From contig DEKS01000148.1 of the NCBI GenBank assembly GCA_002354005.1, positions 1 through 40,661 on the forward strand: a stretch of DNA of 40,661 nt. The letters run 5' to 3'. Source of the DNA: Bacteroidales bacterium UBA2716. GTDB lineage: Bacteria; Bacteroidota; Bacteroidia; Bacteroidales; UBA932. Each line of letters opens with the position of its first letter. Within the stretch, counting starts at the first letter, position 1. Under the pieces are notes generated by a model. The model did no database searches. It saw nothing but the letters and a program-made list of their open reading frames with translations, and was not told the DNA's origin. Of this stretch, positions 6,621 through 15,841 are shown piece by piece. The position numbers and the translations under genes were made by a program.

Positions 6621-9503
6621 CTACAGGGCCTTTAAGGCGCCGTCCAGGCGGCGGAAGGCAATGTCGATGAAGTCCTTGGTGCCGGAACCGTCGTTCACAT
6701 ACCCGATCACCATGTCGGCAAAGTCGATGGCCTCACGGAGCGGCGTGCTCTTGTCCTGGATGCCTTTGGCCCGGGTAACCAGCTTAAGGAGGGCGTCCAA
6801 ATCCTCCGGCTCCGCCAGGTTGCCGGGCCGCATGGAATTGATGGCTGCATTCAGGGCCGATGTAGCCTTGGTCACGGCCTCCTGCCCGGCGTTGTCATCG
6901 GCAAGGACAGCCTCTGCCGCAGCCATTTGCTCCTGCATGCGGGCGTAGCCGTTGGGGGCCCAGGGGGCGAACGGCGGCACTTTCTCCGCAAGGGCGTTCC
7001 AGGCATCCTGGGCCTCCACGCGGGAGCGGGCAATCTTCACGGCCTGCTCCAGGTAGGTCTTGTCCACCACGCCGGCCCTGGCGGCTTCCTTGTTGCCGGT
7101 GAGCACGTTCAGGCGCAGGTAGTGGGTGCTGTGCCCGGTCATGAAGTAGTCCGGATAGAAGGTTTTGTCGCCCAGGGTGAGGCTGTACACATTGCCATTG
7201 GTGCCTTCCCCGCCAGTGGTCCCCTTGAGCACCACGTCTTTCAGGTCTGCATCCAGGGTGAATTCCGCCTGTTCCCATACGGTGATGTCCGGGGTGGCCA
7301 TCACCAGCGGGCCGTACAGGATGGCGCCTTCCCACATGGGCTCGAACGGCGTACGGGCCTCGTTCACGCCCGTTGCCGCCAGGTCCATCTTGTCCGGGCC
7401 AAAATGGATGTGGGCGCTAAACGGCATCTTCACTTCCACTTTGTCGCCGGCCTTCCACTCCCGCTCGGGGATTTCCACGTAGGAGCAGGGTGCGTATTGT
7501 TTAGCCACGGACTTGCCGTTGAGCTTGACGCTGAAGCCCTGGGTGGCCCAGGACGGCACGCGGAGTTTCATGGCAAAGCGGCCGCCTTTGTCTATGCGAA
7601 TAACGGACTTCTCTGCCGGCCAGGCGCATTCCTGGGTGAATGCCACGTCCTTGGCGGCCCAGCGTACCTGCGTGGGCAGATACAGCGCCACCCAGAGGGT
7701 GTTGTCATTCACAAAGTAGGCGGCTTCCTGGTATTTCACGTGGTTTTCCGCACCGGTGCCGCCGCAGCAGGTGCTCTGGGGCGTTTCGCTGCCAAACGGC
7801 TTGGTGGCGTTCAGGCCCACGGCGTACTGATAGCACACGCCGTATTCCGTGGGATGCACGGAGCCCACCAGCTGGTTGTACAGCACGCGCTCATAGTAGT
7901 CCATATAGCGGGCGTCGTCCGGGTTGAAGCTGTTCAGGTCCTTGGTGAGCTTGGCCAGGTTGTAGGCGCAGCAGGTCTCGTTGATGTCCGGGTTGGGGAA
8001 GAGGTTGCCCTCGTGGTCGCTCATCACGCTGGTGTTCATGCTCATCATCTGGGAGTAGGGCTGACGGAACATTTCGCCGTTGCCCACGCCGCCCATGGCG
8101 TAGGCGTATCGGCCCTGAATCATTTCCCAGAAGTTGGAGGCGATGTTGTAGTAGCGCGGGTCTCCGCCCACCTCGTAGCTCTTGAGCGCGCCCACAATCA
8201 TGGGGATGTGCTGGTTGGCGTGGCGCGTGCGGATATCGTCGATGTTGCGGGACAGCGGCTCGTAGAAGGCCGGGGCGTCAAAATAGGACGCGGCCTCCGC
8301 CAGGCGCTGTTTTTCCGTGGCGTCCTGCACCATGTCGCTCAAGCGGGCCAGGGACTCCTGCATGCCGCCCACTTCGCCGGCAATGTACATGTTCCACATC
8401 TCGTAGCGGTTGCCGGGACGGGCCTGGCGCTCCGCCTTGGTGCCATCGGCCTTGACATAGGTGCGGTAGTGGAGGCGGTTCCACACCCACAGGCCCATGT
8501 CCTTGGCCACTAACAGCGCCTTGGCTGCCAGGGCTTCGTCGTCAATGTTGTTGGCAATGTCTATAAGGCCGGCCAGTTGCTTGTGGATGGAATAATACGG
8601 GGCCCAGACGCCGCTGAAGTTATTGTAGGCGGTGTATTTCTCGATGAGGACGGGGTGCTGGGCCGGAATGGCGTTGATGTAGCCGTAACCATACTGGGTG
8701 CAATCCTTCTTGTACTGGTCGAAGGCGTCCCAGGTGCCCTTCATATGCTTGAGCTCGGCTTCCGGGGCCAGGTCGCGGGCCTCCCGGTATCGGCCCAGCT
8801 TGGGGTCGTACACGAAGGTAAGTTCCTGGCAGGCCCGGAGTTCGTCCACCATGCGCTGGATGTTGGCCTTGAGGGCCGCCTTTTGCTCCGGATTGTCCGT
8901 GCTGGCGTAGGCGAAGGCCAGGGCGCTCATGTAGTGGCCGCTGCCGTGGCCCTTGAGCTTGGTGTCCGGGGAATCCCAGCCGTCGCTCTCCGTGTAGCCT
9001 TCCGTGGGGAGGCCGTAGGTGTCACGGTAGTTGTACAACTGCTGGGTAATGTCCTGGGCCAGCAGGTTGCGGATATCCATGTCCCGGTTGCCGGTGAGGC
9101 GGTTGTCACCAATCAGCTTAACATCGCCCAGCGGCAGGGGCTCTGCCACCTTTGCCGGAGTTTCCCATGTGCCGTCCACCACGGTGACGGAGGCTTCCAG
9201 CGGATAGCCGTTCTCGGTGGTGTTGTCGCCGATTACATAGCCTTTCACCACGTATGTGCTGCCCACGGGCAAGGCGGCTTCCTCCTCCTCGGTTTCGCGG
9301 AGGGAGTTGGTCCATTTTACCTGGCGCCACTCGCGGGTGCCATCGGCATAGGTTACCTGGATTTGCCAGGGCAGACGGGGAGCCGTTCCCTGCGGCGTTT
9401 CCACCGTTACGGCGGGCACTTCCTGGATGGTACGGGCGGTTTTGGAAGGGCTGCAGGCTACCGCCAGTGCGGCAACGAACGCAATTTTGGCTATGGTTTT
9501 CAT
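6621..9503 (-). CDS. Beta-L-arabinofuranosidase lipoprotein (GH146/GH127 Cys-glycosidase group) with N-terminal Ig-like and C-terminal FIVAR-like regions
   Basis: Lipobox ALAVAC; GWDSP..LKGHGSGHYMSA, WAPYYSIHK, RHANQHIP, NETCCAYN, DYYERVLYN, STCCGGTG Zn/Cys motifs; Big_4-like PRLPWQIQVTYADG; FIVAR-like VDKTYLEQAV...ALNAAIN. Confidence 0.85.
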   Translation of the reverse strand: MKTIAKIAFVAALAVACSPSKTARTIQEVPAVTVETPQGTAPRLPWQIQVTYADGTREWRQVKWTNSLRETEEEEAALPVGSTYVVKGYVIGDNTTENGYPLEASVTVVDGTWETPAKVAEPLPLGDVKLIGDNRLTGNRDMDIRNLLAQDITQQLYNYRDTYGLPTEGYTESDGWDSPDTKLKGHGSGHYMSALAFAYASTDNPEQKAALKANIQRMVDELRACQELTFVYDPKLGRYREARDLAPEAELKHMKGTWDAFDQYKKDCTQYGYGYINAIPAQHPVLIEKYTAYNNFSGVWAPYYSIHKQLAGLIDIANNIDDEALAAKALLVAKDMGLWVWNRLHYRTYVKADGTKAERQARPGNRYEMWNMYIAGEVGGMQESLARLSDMVQDATEKQRLAEAASYFDAPAFYEPLSRNIDDIRTRHANQHIPMIVGALKSYEVGGDPRYYNIASNFWEMIQGRYAYAMGGVGNGEMFRQPYSQMMSMNTSVMSDHEGNLFPNPDINETCCAYNLAKLTKDLNSFNPDDARYMDYYERVLYNQLVGSVHPTEYGVCYQYAVGLNATKPFGSETPQSTCCGGTGAENHVKYQEAAYFVNDNTLWVALYLPTQVRWAAKDVAFTQECAWPAEKSVIRIDKGGRFAMKLRVPSWATQGFSVKLNGKSVAKQYAPCSYVEIPEREWKAGDKVEVKMPFSAHIHFGPDKMDLAATGVNEARTPFEPMWEGAILYGPLVMATPDITVWEQAEFTLDADLKDVVLKGTTGGEGTNGNVYSLTLGDKTFYPDYFMTGHSTHYLRLNVLTGNKEAARAGVVDKTYLEQAVKIARSRVEAQDAWNALAEKVPPFAPWAPNGYARMQEQMAAAEAVLADDNAGQEAVTKATSALNAAINSMRPGNLAEPEDLDALLKLVTRAKGIQDKSTPLREAIDFADMVIGYVNDGSGTKDFIDIAFRRLDGALKAL

Positions 9504-9528
9504 ACGCGTGTAAGGTGTTGTGCAGAAT

Positions 9529-11682
9529 TTACTTGATGTGCATGTGAATGGTGACTACGGCCTGGTAGTCGCCGTACACGAACACCGGGCGGATGGTGTA
9601 ATCCTCGCCGGGGGAGACTACGCCGGGCTTGGTGCCCACTTGGAAGGTCCAGCTGGTGCGGTCGTACTGGGTGTACACGGTAGGCGTTCCGCCCCAAGGG
9701 GTGACGGACCCGTCCGGAGCATACCAGAAGCCGTAACCGTTGGCCGTGTACTGGTAACTCACCGTGCCGTCCGGCTCCAGCGAACCGAACTTCACCTTGC
9801 CCTTGGCGTAGTTGGCGCGGTCGGAGGCAATGGCGGCGGCAATCTCGGAGGGCTGCATCACAAAGGCATACCCAATCTTCTCGAAATCGTCCGCATCAAA
9901 AGTGAAGGTGGGGCCGGCATACCCGTCGGCGGCCGGGACGTCAATATCCTTGACGATTTCCGTGTTGTGCGGCGTTTCGTCGCCGGTGAAGGCAATCTTG
10001 GTGATGAGGTCGGTCCCGGTGAAACGTACGCGGTACGGCCAGGTGCCGCCCTGCTCGCTGCCGTAGTAGCGGGAAGGCGTGCAGGATACCACCAGCCACA
10101 GTTTTTCCGTTTCTGCAGGAACGGTCCAGTTGGCGCTGGAGGTCCCACTGGTAAGCGTAGGGGTGCTGTAGGCGCGGGAACCATCGGCCAGGAGGGCTAC
10201 AAAACCGTAGGTCCAGCCGGCATCGGCCTTCTTGGCCAGGCCTTCGAATTCCGCGCTTACACTGCTGCCGGCAGCGGGTTTCAGGCGGATGATGTTGAAG
10301 CCGGTGGCCTCCGGAGCGCGGGCGTCGCCCACTTTGTTCCAACCGTCGCCGTCGTCAGAACCCACCCAGCCGATGTTGCCGATGTAATCCGTGCCAAAGT
10401 CGCCAATAGAGGCGGTGCGTTCCACGTTGCCTTGCTCGTCCAGGTTCACCACTTCCGTCTTGAAGTCCCAGGTGGCGCAGCGGGCGGCGTATTCGTACAA
10501 ATCCTGGTTCAGGGTGGCTACGTCTCCGCCGCAGTAGAGGCGCATGTAGGCCTGGCAGGCGTCTTCCGTGCGCTTGGATTCCTTCCAGATGCGGCCGTAG
10601 GCGTCAAAGCCGTATTTGTCGGTCCATAGGAACTGGAACCAGTAGGAGGCGTAACGCATGTCAAAGTAATGGAAGTGCCGATGGCTGTTCTCCGCAAACA
10701 CGCGGAAGTTGTCCTGCGTGTAGGCCTGCTCGGCATAGAGGTTGAAGCTCTGCCAGTTGGCGCAGGCTTCCCAGAACACGCCGCCGCTCTGCATGAAGCC
10801 GGCGTCCTTTTGGCCGAAATCGGAGTATACCTGATACTGGAACGCGTGCCCAATCTCGTGGGCAACGGTGCTGCCGGTGGGCTGGCAGGCCGTGGCGCTC
10901 ACCCACAGGCCGCCCATGTTGCCGGAACCGCCGCCCTCGGCCTTCCAGGAAGTAGTGCCGTACAGGAAGATGGACATGTAGTATTTGTCCAGGAACGACT
11001 CTCCCTCGGGGCCGCGCATGCCGAACTTGTTCACATAGGTGTCGTAGTAAATCTCGGCCTTCTTGAGGAGGTCGTCCACGTCTACGCGGATTTCCTTGGG
11101 CGTGTCGTTATCGCCCGGGTCAATCTCCCCCGTCTCGTCGTAGCCCTTGTCCCACAGGACGATGAAGTGCTCGCTGGTGCGCGCACGGCCCAGGTAGAAC
11201 TCGCTGTCGGAGCTCTTGAGCTTGGCTAGGCTGCCCGTAATGCCGGTGTAGATGCGGCTGGCATCAATGCCCTTGGCGGCGATTTCCGCATCGGTGAGGG
11301 TAATTACCGGAGCCTTCTGCGTGACGGTAAAGCTATACTTGGATTCTCCGCTCATGATGGAAACATCGGCCTTGCGGGAGGCTCGGTCCGTGTTTTCATC
11401 GGCCGTAATGGTTACCTTGAACGACTTTTTCTCGCCGTTTCCCGTGGCGCGTTCCGGGTCAAAGTGCAGCCAGCTGGCCTCGCAGGCAATGTGCCAGGCC
11501 TCGGTGCAGGTGAAGCGGATGACCTTTTCGCCGCCCTCGGCCGTGAAAGTGGCCGCCGGGGCAATCTTGTAGGCAATCTCGCCGGTATTTTCCGTCCAGG
11601 TTTCCTTCTCCTGCTGCTTCTGGCAGGAGAAAAACAGCCCTGCGCAGAGGACGAGGGCTGTCAAATGAAGTACATGTTTCAT
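9529..11682 (-). CDS. Surface lipoprotein: BACON + HEXXH zinc-peptidase-like domain (DUF6055-like) + C-terminal DUF4859-like module
   Basis: Lipobox FFSC, BACON-like (FTAEGGEKVIRFTCTEAWHI..SWLHF), HEIGH at 10846-10860 then FWEA, C-terminal TANGYGFWY module. DUF names recalled, not searched. Confidence 0.75.
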   Translation of the reverse strand: MKHVLHLTALVLCAGLFFSCQKQQEKETWTENTGEIAYKIAPAATFTAEGGEKVIRFTCTEAWHIACEASWLHFDPERATGNGEKKSFKVTITADENTDRASRKADVSIMSGESKYSFTVTQKAPVITLTDAEIAAKGIDASRIYTGITGSLAKLKSSDSEFYLGRARTSEHFIVLWDKGYDETGEIDPGDNDTPKEIRVDVDDLLKKAEIYYDTYVNKFGMRGPEGESFLDKYYMSIFLYGTTSWKAEGGGSGNMGGLWVSATACQPTGSTVAHEIGHAFQYQVYSDFGQKDAGFMQSGGVFWEACANWQSFNLYAEQAYTQDNFRVFAENSHRHFHYFDMRYASYWFQFLWTDKYGFDAYGRIWKESKRTEDACQAYMRLYCGGDVATLNQDLYEYAARCATWDFKTEVVNLDEQGNVERTASIGDFGTDYIGNIGWVGSDDGDGWNKVGDARAPEATGFNIIRLKPAAGSSVSAEFEGLAKKADAGWTYGFVALLADGSRAYSTPTLTSGTSSANWTVPAETEKLWLVVSCTPSRYYGSEQGGTWPYRVRFTGTDLITKIAFTGDETPHNTEIVKDIDVPAADGYAGPTFTFDADDFEKIGYAFVMQPSEIAAAIASDRANYAKGKVKFGSLEPDGTVSYQYTANGYGFWYAPDGSVTPWGGTPTVYTQYDRTSWTFQVGTKPGVVSPGEDYTIRPVFVYGDYQAVVTIHMHIK

Positions 11683-13511
11683 TATTTACCGTAAGGTTTG
11701 ATGTTGCTGAACTGGGCTTTCCAGGGCCACTTGGTGTCCGTGTTGTCGGATTCGTCCGCCCAGGGATGGCGTTCATACTTGTTCGGAGCACCGGTAACCA
11801 CCAACCACACTTTGGAGGCGTTGGCAGGTACCGTCCAGGTCTGGGTTTCGCTGCTGCTCACGCTGGCTTTCCAGATAGGGCTGTAGGTGCGGGTGTTGTC
11901 AGCATTGAGGGAGACAAAGCCGTAGCGCCAGCCGGCCAGCGAGACCGAGCCGCTCTTGCAGCCGCTTGCGCCCAGGTTTGCGCCAAAGGTAACGCTTACT
12001 TCTTCACCCTTAGGAACCGTCATGCGGACAGCGTTATAACCGGTGGTCTCGGGGGAGAGGGAAGCGTTTACGCTCCACCAGCCGTCGCTTTCGCTGATGT
12101 TTCCGGCCGAAATAGCCATCTCACCATGATGGTCGATGGTCATGCTTCCGTATTTGTATTTGGCATATTGACGGAGCTCTTCGGTGTCGTAGGTGACCAT
12201 GTGCGAGGCATAGCCGTACATGGAGTCGTTCATCTGCTCCACGTCGTAGTCCATCAGGCGCATGTAGGTCTCGATGGGATCTTCGGGGAACTGGGCTTCG
12301 TTCCACAGGCGGCCGATGAAGGTGATGTCGTTCTGCTCCACCCACCACCAGTGGATGAAGTAGTCGGCGTAGCGCGGACGCTCGTGCAATACGTGCAGAT
12401 GCGTGGACTTGGTATATTCGCCATACCAGCCGGCGAAGGTTTCCTCGCGGTACTGGCTCATGACCATGCTCTGCCACTGGGCGGTCTGCTCCCAGAAAGC
12501 GTTGCCGCCGTCACCGTTGTCACCGTAGCCATAGCGCCAGCCGGGACCCTGCAGGCCGGAAGTGGAAGGGGCTTTGTCCACGCTCACGCCCTGGCGGACC
12601 AGGTAGTCGCAGAAGGTCATGTACTGGAAGCAGTGGCCAATCTCATGGCCGATGGTGCTGCCCACAGGCTTGCAGGTGGACGGATTCACCCACAGGGCGC
12701 CAATCACGTTGTCGTAACCGGAACCGGTGGCCAGCCATTCGCTCTGGTAGATGAGGTAGATTTCCATCTTGTACTTGTCCAGGACGGACTGTCCTTTGCC
12801 GGTGTTTGCAAATTTGAGCTTGTTCACGTTGAGGTCGTAGAATTCTTCGGCTTTTTTGAGGAGGTCGTCAATGTCCACGGCCATGGAACTGGTCTTGCAG
12901 GTGGTGGGCCAGGTATTGGCTTCACCCATGCGATCGCCGTAAAGGCCGTACTGGCCGTATTTGATGTCCCAGAACACCACAAAGTGCTCGCTCTGCTTGC
13001 TGCGGCACCAGCTCCACTTGGCGTCCGAGCGGAACATGTCAAAGTTGAATTCCTGCGGCTTGTAGTATTTCTCCAGGTCCGGAACGTCGGCTGCCGTCAG
13101 GATAAGAACGGCGGCATTCTGGTTCACGGTGAATTTCTTTTTCTTGGAGCCGGAAAGGATGCGGCAGGTTGCCGAGCGTGCAGGGCCATTGTTGGCTTTG
13201 CCCGCCAGGGTGACGCGGATGGTCTTACCGCTCTTGCCGCTCATTTTCTCGGCGGAGAGCCAGCTCTGGGCCTCTTCCGGAATTTCCAGGAACCACTCGT
13301 GGTCGCAGGCAAAAATGAGGATGCCGGTATCGCCTTCTTCGGGCCCGATGGTTACGGACTGCGTAGTAAGGGTGATGGTGGCCTCGTAGTTGTCCGTCGG
13401 GCCGGTGGGTGTGTTTTCCGCGGGCGTCTGGTCCGTGTTGTCCTTTTGGCAGGCGGGTACGGCGAACAGGGCCGCCGCCAGCATCAGATACAGAAAAAGT
13501 TTTTTCATCAT
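11682..13511 (-). CDS. Surface lipoprotein: BACON + HEXXH zinc-peptidase-like domain (DUF6055-like), no C-terminal module
   Basis: Lipobox AVPAC, BACON-like (FACDHEWFLEIPEEAQSWLS), HEIGH at 12633-12647 then FWEQ; paralog of both neighbours. Confidence 0.75.
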   Translation of the reverse strand: MMKKLFLYLMLAAALFAVPACQKDNTDQTPAENTPTGPTDNYEATITLTTQSVTIGPEEGDTGILIFACDHEWFLEIPEEAQSWLSAEKMSGKSGKTIRVTLAGKANNGPARSATCRILSGSKKKKFTVNQNAAVLILTAADVPDLEKYYKPQEFNFDMFRSDAKWSWCRSKQSEHFVVFWDIKYGQYGLYGDRMGEANTWPTTCKTSSMAVDIDDLLKKAEEFYDLNVNKLKFANTGKGQSVLDKYKMEIYLIYQSEWLATGSGYDNVIGALWVNPSTCKPVGSTIGHEIGHCFQYMTFCDYLVRQGVSVDKAPSTSGLQGPGWRYGYGDNGDGGNAFWEQTAQWQSMVMSQYREETFAGWYGEYTKSTHLHVLHERPRYADYFIHWWWVEQNDITFIGRLWNEAQFPEDPIETYMRLMDYDVEQMNDSMYGYASHMVTYDTEELRQYAKYKYGSMTIDHHGEMAISAGNISESDGWWSVNASLSPETTGYNAVRMTVPKGEEVSVTFGANLGASGCKSGSVSLAGWRYGFVSLNADNTRTYSPIWKASVSSSETQTWTVPANASKVWLVVTGAPNKYERHPWADESDNTDTKWPWKAQFSNIKPYGK

Positions 13512-15775
13512 TCGGTAATGGTTATGTTGAATTTCAGTGTTGCTTTGTAGTTGCCTTTCACAAAGGCGAAGCGAACGGTGTATTGGTCGCCGGCCTTGAT
13601 GTCGCCGCTTTTCACCTTGTCCGGATGTACGCCGAACTGGCAGCTCCAGGTACCCGGCGTATATTCCATGTAGGTGTAGGCTGCGCCCCAGCTTTGCACG
13701 GACCCGTCGGCGCCATACCAGAAGCCGTAGCCGTTGGCGGTGTAGTTGTAACTGAGCGATCCGTCAGGCAGTACGGCGGCAATTTTCACGGCGGCGCTCT
13801 GCACGTTGGCGCGGTCCGCCGGAATGGCGGATACAATGTCCGAGGGCTGCATCACAAAGGCCTTGGCAATCTCAATCACGTCGTCGTCCAGGGTGAAGGA
13901 CGTGCCGGCGTAGCCTGCTGCGGCCGATGTGCTGATGTTGTGCTCCAGTTCAATGCTCCTGGGCGTCTCGGTGCCGTCGAAGGAAATATTGCCGTACAGG
14001 TCCGTGCCGGTGAATTTCACGCGGAAGGGCCACTGCTCGTCGTTGCTGTTGTCCTCATCCCAAGGGTGCTGGAGATAGGTTTCCGGTGTGGCGGCAACCA
14101 CAAACCAGAGTTTCTGGGCGCCTTCCGGAACAGTCCAGCTGATATCGGCGTTGTCGCGCACGCGTGTGCTTTCAGAATACTTTCTGCTTCCATCCTGCAT
14201 AAGGGCCACAAAGCCCACGTTCCAGCCTGCGATGGAAGGGTTGGCTACGCGGTTGAAGCCCGTAGCGTTGGGCAGGCCCTCAAAGCGGACGGAAAGCTGC
14301 CTGTCGGCCGGAATGTTGATGCGGATGTGGTTGAAGCCGGTAGCTTCCGGGGCACGGGAGTAGTCTACGGTATAGAAGCCGCTGGCGTTGTCGTAATTGC
14401 CCGTCCAGCCAATCTTGCCTATGTAATTTTTGCCGAATTCCCTCACCGGCTGCGTGACGCCTGTCAGTTTCCCCTCGTCCAGGTTGGTGGCTTCTGCGCT
14501 GAAGTCCCAGGTGACGCAGCGGGCGGCGTAGTCGTACAGGTCGGCATTCAGTTCATCCATGCTCAGGCCATGCATGCGCTGGTAGGCCTGGATGGGGTCT
14601 TCGGGCTTCTTGGCACCGCGCCAGACCTCGCCAATCTCCGCCACACCGTGCTTGGAGGCCCAGTGCCACTGCAGGAAGTAGCTGGCGTAGCGCTGGTGCT
14701 CGTGGGTGAAGTGACGGTGACTGTTGTTCACGAACTCCGAGAAGTTCACGGTGGAGAAGGCCTGCTCCGCATAGGACTGGTAGGCCTGCCACTGGGCGCA
14801 CTGCTCCCAGAAGCCGCAGCCCTGGCCAATCTCGTAGCGGAAACCCGTGGAGAAGTCGTTGGGGGCGCCGTTCAGGATGGCATCGGCATACACCATATAC
14901 TGGAAGCTGTGGCCAATTTCATGGGCGATGGTGCTGCCCACCGGATGGCAGGTGGCGGGATTGATCCACAGCGCGCCAATGGTGTTGTCGTAGCCGCTAC
15001 CGGTGGCCAGCCATTCGGTCTGGTGGAGGATGTAAATCTCCATCTTATATTTGTCCAGATTGGATTTTCCCTTCCCGGTGTCTGCAAATTTGAGCTGGTC
15101 AATGTTGACCCGGTAGAATTCCTCCGCCTTTTCCAGGAGGTCGTCAATGTCCACGTAATAGGCATTGGACGGGTCCAGGGTGGCAGGGGAGGTGTTCTCC
15201 GTTCCAGCCTTGGCGCCGTACAGGCCGTAGGCGCCGTATTCCTTTTCCCAGAATACCACAAAGTGCGTGCTCTGCTTGCTGCGGCACCAGCTCCAGTGGG
15301 AGTCCGAGCGCAGCATGTCGTAATTGAATTCGGCAGGCTGGTAATACTTGTCGATGTCGGGGACGTCGCTCCGGCTCAGGATGAGCACGGCCATGTCCTG
15401 GGACACCGTAAATTTCTTCTTGTTTTTGCCGGAGAGAATGCGGCAGGTGACGCTTCGCCGTGCACCCGTGTTCTCTTTGGCGGTAAAGGTGATGGCCGTG
15501 GTTTTGGTGGACTTGCCGGACGTCTTATTGGCGCTGAGCCAGTCCTGGGCCTCTTCCGGAATCTCCAGCGTCCATTCATGGTCGCAGGAGAAGGTGAACA
15601 TGCCCGTGGCTCCCTCCTCGGCCGAGAGGGTGACAGCGCTGGTGTTCAGCGTGATGGTGGCGTCATAGGTGTCCGTTTCCGTGGGCGTGGTGTTGTCCGT
15701 TTCGGGATTCTGTTTGTTGCAGGCCACAGCCACGGCAAGGACCAGCAGCAGGCTGTTCCGGAAGAATGATTTCAT
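13508..15775 (-). CDS. Surface lipoprotein: BACON + HEXXH zinc-peptidase-like domain (DUF6055-like) + C-terminal DUF4859-like module
   Basis: Lipobox AVAC, BACON-like, HEIGH at 14909-14923 then FWEQ, C-terminal TANGYGFWY module. Confidence 0.75.
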   Translation of the reverse strand: MKSFFRNSLLLVLAVAVACNKQNPETDNTTPTETDTYDATITLNTSAVTLSAEEGATGMFTFSCDHEWTLEIPEEAQDWLSANKTSGKSTKTTAITFTAKENTGARRSVTCRILSGKNKKKFTVSQDMAVLILSRSDVPDIDKYYQPAEFNYDMLRSDSHWSWCRSKQSTHFVVFWEKEYGAYGLYGAKAGTENTSPATLDPSNAYYVDIDDLLEKAEEFYRVNIDQLKFADTGKGKSNLDKYKMEIYILHQTEWLATGSGYDNTIGALWINPATCHPVGSTIAHEIGHSFQYMVYADAILNGAPNDFSTGFRYEIGQGCGFWEQCAQWQAYQSYAEQAFSTVNFSEFVNNSHRHFTHEHQRYASYFLQWHWASKHGVAEIGEVWRGAKKPEDPIQAYQRMHGLSMDELNADLYDYAARCVTWDFSAEATNLDEGKLTGVTQPVREFGKNYIGKIGWTGNYDNASGFYTVDYSRAPEATGFNHIRINIPADRQLSVRFEGLPNATGFNRVANPSIAGWNVGFVALMQDGSRKYSESTRVRDNADISWTVPEGAQKLWFVVAATPETYLQHPWDEDNSNDEQWPFRVKFTGTDLYGNISFDGTETPRSIELEHNISTSAAAGYAGTSFTLDDDVIEIAKAFVMQPSDIVSAIPADRANVQSAAVKIAAVLPDGSLSYNYTANGYGFWYGADGSVQSWGAAYTYMEYTPGTWSCQFGVHPDKVKSGDIKAGDQYTVRFAFVKGNYKATLKFNITITE

Positions 15776-15789
15776 AAGTGTTTGATTTT

Positions 15790-15826
15790 AAAAGCAAAAG
15801 CCAGAGGAAAGCCCCCTGGCTTTTGC
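15790..15826 (-). terminator. Intra-operon stem-loop (partial terminator or mRNA stabiliser)
   Basis: Stem gcaaaagccag (15794-15804) / ctggcttttgc (15816-15826); on the minus strand it extends by G:U pairs and is followed by TTTT. Confidence 0.75.
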
Positions 15827-15841
15827 GTAAAAAATAACGAA

